A DNA stretch of 54,784 bases, filler included, from Jimgerdemannia flammicorona (lineage: Eukaryota): the NCBI GenBank assembly GCA_003990765.1. It is 3 parts of 3 records of this genome, joined end to end, with 100 filler letters (N's around TTAATTAATTAA, not from the genome) between each part and the next. Parts side by side here need not be neighbours in the genome. Positions count along the whole stretch, not along the records: positions 36,591 to 54,784 come from RBNJ01002268.1; 2 more parts are not named here. The stretch is one strand, 5' to 3'. The notes beneath the pieces are model-generated. The model searched no databases. It had not been told where the DNA came from and saw nothing but the letters and a program-made list of their open reading frames with translations. Shown here in pieces: positions 51,556 through 54,784 of the stretch (within the stretch, counting starts at the first letter, position 1; the number at the start of each line of letters is the position of its first letter). The position numbers and the translations under genes are program-made.

Positions 51556-52947
51556 TCACATCAACAGCCGGCTTGGCTCAAACTGTTTTAAATCCAATGA
51601 CGTCGAGTTCCCCTCAAGTAGCAACTCTGCCATCGCCAATCCTGTCGCAGGGGCCTGCAAGATGCCCCAGACGCTATGGCCAGTTGCCATATATAATCTG
51701 TCGATGCCCGGGTACTTGCCAATGAGAGGTATGCTGTCGTATGAAACCGGGACAAAACCGCATTGCTCTCGAACCACAGTAGCGTCCCGTAAATGCTTGG
51801 GAGAAAGAATCCCAGCGATGTCACGTAAGTGGAGGATTGAATCTTTGACCGGTTTGATATGTCTTGGGTCAGCCGGAAGTGAGTGGGTCTCTAATCCGCC
51901 GCAGACGAAGACCGTTCCATCTGGGCGGGGGTAGACCTGTTGATACCAAAAAAGAAGGAAATAAATAAAATAAAAATGACGCAAACATGGTTTAGATTCG
52001 CCGGGGCCTAGGTTCTTACCTCTGGCTCCGATTCCTTTTTCCCATCGTCAAAGAGCACGAACAACGCATGTACCGACACAGGTGCTGTGGGCTTCAATAT
52101 GACGCTATGCACGCGGGATCCAGATACCGCAACGCGATGGGGTAGCCAGCTGCTCGTCAATCCGCTCCAAGGACCCATGGCGATGATGACGTCATCGCAC
52201 GGGATAAATTCAGTGTTGCAGGTTTGGCCTGTTACGCGAACACCACGGACCTGACGACGGTCGTCATTATCGTGGAACTCGAAGCCGTCAACAGTGGTGA
52301 TCATGAGTTCGGCTCCGCGGGCAATAGCAAGTTGCATGAGTGTGTTGGTGAATTTCAAGGGATGTAGCTGAGCGGTGGTTGTTTTGTCGCCGCTGACGCT
52401 GGTTTGGAGAATGATCTCGGGATCAAGCCAATCGAGTTTGGGCCCGACATTAGCGGGAGAGGACGATGGTCGTGTAGAGGCAGTGACGGCGAGTGTGTCA
52501 AGACACCGGTAATCATAGGAAGTTGGGCCGTTGAGCTCTCTGGCGAGGTCGGCATGCAGCTGGAAGGACTTGCGAGAAATCTCTTCCGTCGGAGTACCAT
52601 CACACCTAGGTGGCGGGAGCATACAAGGTGTTGGGTAAAGATTGCTTCAGTTCTTTTGGAGGTATTTCGCATAATCTTCTCTTTTCTTTCCCCAGCATCC
52701 CACTTGCCCTGGCCCCCCTCGACGAGAGCCCTCTCCCTCCTTCAAGCTGTTTGATTTGATTTGCTTACCAGTTGCAAGCTAGAAACCCTCCAGCAACGCC
52801 ACTTGCAGCGCACGCTACGGCGGTCCTCTCTATGACGGTGATCCTAATAGAAGGGTCCTTTTCAGCGAGGAAGTAGGCAATGCAGACACCGACAATGCCA
52901 CCGCCGCAAATGACGACATGGCGAGGTTGCGTAAGTGGATCGGTCAT
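51556..52947 (-). CDS. FAD-dependent oxidoreductase, DAO family (Tda3-like); exons 52947-52769, 52605-52020, 51936-51556
   Basis: VVICGGGIVG dinucleotide fold, ASGVAGGFLA, AQLHPLKFT, AMGPWS, PEVYPRPDG, ATGHSVWGILQAPATG. Confidence 0.92.
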
Positions 52948-53757
52948 GATTGCGAAGGAGTAGAGTGAGTAGCACGGCAAGGATTCACAATTTCACCGTA
53001 AAGTGGCGCTTCGAATTCTATTTTCGGGTAATCGTGTAACGCCCATTATCCCTTGAACCTCGTCTCTACTTTTTCCCAGGCACGGAGGGGTGCATCCGTA
53101 ACCTTTTTTTCAAACGGCTGGCATGTGTGGTTAAACATCGGAGGATGAACAGAAACTACCAATCGCTGTATGCCAATACAGTGCGGCGAATCTGTAAACC
53201 TCAATAATATAAGCTTTGAAGGTATAAAATATAATAAGAAAAGAAAATATTAAAAAATTAATTCTGTAGAATAATTCTCTAATTGATTTACTATAACTTG
53301 ACAGTCAGAATGTTTATTTTATGTCTCCCTACAAGTTTAAAAAAAAGAATTTTTATTATATTGAGCCAAAATTTGGCACCAGCCACATACTTCTTAAAAT
53401 GGAAATTACTATATAAATTTTATAGTAGTCTACGTCAAAAAAATATTATCACACAATGAATAGATTATTTTAACAAGTTTGATGACCCCAGAATTTGGGA
53501 GCAGCACACTATTTAGTCACGTGGTGTGGTCTATAGATTCGCCGCGCTGTTGTCATATGAGACGAAATTTTTCAATCCAGATACATTAAACAAATACTTG
53601 TATGTTAATAGTAGGCTAATAGTGAAATCAGATACATTTTTCCGTATCTCAACGGGGATTTGCTCGATGCATGGACAACGTTTCATGAAACGATGATTCG
53701 TTCCTCAGTACACATATGTGAAGTATTTTAAATGAGATATTGCTTGTATATTTTCTC

Positions 53758-54784
53758 TTTTTTTTTTTTTTTTTTTTTTATAGTCACTTGGACTCCACCA
53801 TTTATTACCAATCTATTAATAAGTATACAGTATCTCCTCCCCCTACCTGATTCCCATAGGGGAGCCTCTCCCTGCATCATTATGAATAAAGACTATCTTC
53901 TCACCCACTACTCCCACCCTCTCCCTACTCTGCTTACAGATCTTCTCCACTAGTGCTCCCAAATGAGTCAAATCAATTTGAATCGAATAGAATTGAGGGT
54001 TAAACGAGTCGAATCGAATTGGGGATTTTTCAATTTGAATCAATTTGAATCAAATCAAAAGTTGAATCAAATTGAGGGTCTGATTCGAACCCTAATTTTC
54101 AAAATGCAATAACTCAGCGTAAACTCATTCAAATCTAATGTACTTTAGCTTGTTAGAATCACATTAATATGGTGAATCTAACAAGCTAAAATATGTTAAA
54201 TTTGGATGAGTTTTCGTTGAGTTATTACATTTTGAAAATTAAGGTTTGAATCGAACTTCAAATCGAATTGGACCTTTGATTTGATTTGAATCAAATCAAA
54301 TTGGACCCTTGATTTGATCGAATCGAATCGAGTTTGGGCCAAATTCAATTCAATTCAATTTGTTGGGAGTACTATTCTCTACTAAGCAATGCCTATGACC
54401 ACCCTATAGTCCCCAACCAAGCCACCAGCCTGTCAAGGTGTCTTCCATAAGGCCATGCCAATGCAACAACTGGTCCCCCAAGCCAAGTCTCCTCCCATCT
54501 TCAAAAACAAATAGCCAGTGACTGGCCAGCCCCACCCAAATCACCAAAACCCAGCCTAAGGTAAGCCACTCCTTTCCCACCCCCTCCACCAGTCTATCCC
54601 TCAGATCTTCCCACCAATCCTGTGTGCCATCTCTCCGACACACTACCCCCAAGTGGTCCCCAACAGCCCGCCATGTATATTTTCTCTTTGTCTATATTTC
54701 CCATCCCACCCATCCCTAGGGGTTGCTGGTGAGGGTAAGTATACCATTTCGTTGCCCTTGATTACAGTATTTCCCGCGTCGTGG
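53758..54784 (-). mobile_element. LINE 3'-end remnant with poly(A) tail
   Basis: T-run at 53758-53779 on the + strand; Trp-rich, G-rich minus-strand frame (DWWEDLRDRL...GWWLGWGL) with the same composition as the LINE at 3594-7410. Confidence 0.55.
53951..54374. mobile_element. hAT-type foldback MITE (424 bp)
   Basis: TIRs TAGTGCTCCCAA / TTGGGAGTACTA; 8-bp TSD TTCTCCAC (53943-53950) / TTCTCTAC (54375-54382); GAATC/GAATT subterminal repeats; internal hairpin about 54080-54255. Confidence 0.88.

Overview
Eukaryotic, intron-containing fungal DNA. The gene set and style suggest an early-diverging fungus such as Mucoromycota; this is inference only. The window consists of three pieces joined by two artificial 100-bp spacers (N44-TTAATTAATTAA-N44 at 18197-18296 and 36491-36590). 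CpG-rich gene islands alternate with CpG-depleted, C->T-decayed transposon nests. Genes found: VAC14, a plasma-membrane H+-ATPase (PMA1-type), an F-box/LRR protein, the 5' part of DNA ligase I, the 3' part of a W2-domain (eIF5-like) protein, an SRSF11/SREK1-like RRM-RS protein, casein kinase II alpha and a TDA3/DAO-family FAD oxidoreductase. The most unusual object is a degenerate Ty3/gypsy chromovirus (family A) present as two copies (7415-16046 and 42476-45899). It has one long gag-pol frame that appears to begin inside the LTR and read through the PBS, a dUTPase between the CCHC knuckle and the protease, a C-terminal chromodomain, and a ~2.06-kb LTR carrying a ~365-codon U3 ORF. This layout resembles complex retroviruses. 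A second LTR family (B) also seems to carry an LTR-internal ORF relic and shares a paired TGACGTCA-derived motif with family A. L1/Tx1-like LINE remnants, a hAT-type foldback MITE, twin hairpins sharing a 24-bp palindrome core and several minisatellites are also present. All calls come from reading the sequence by eye; no searches were run.
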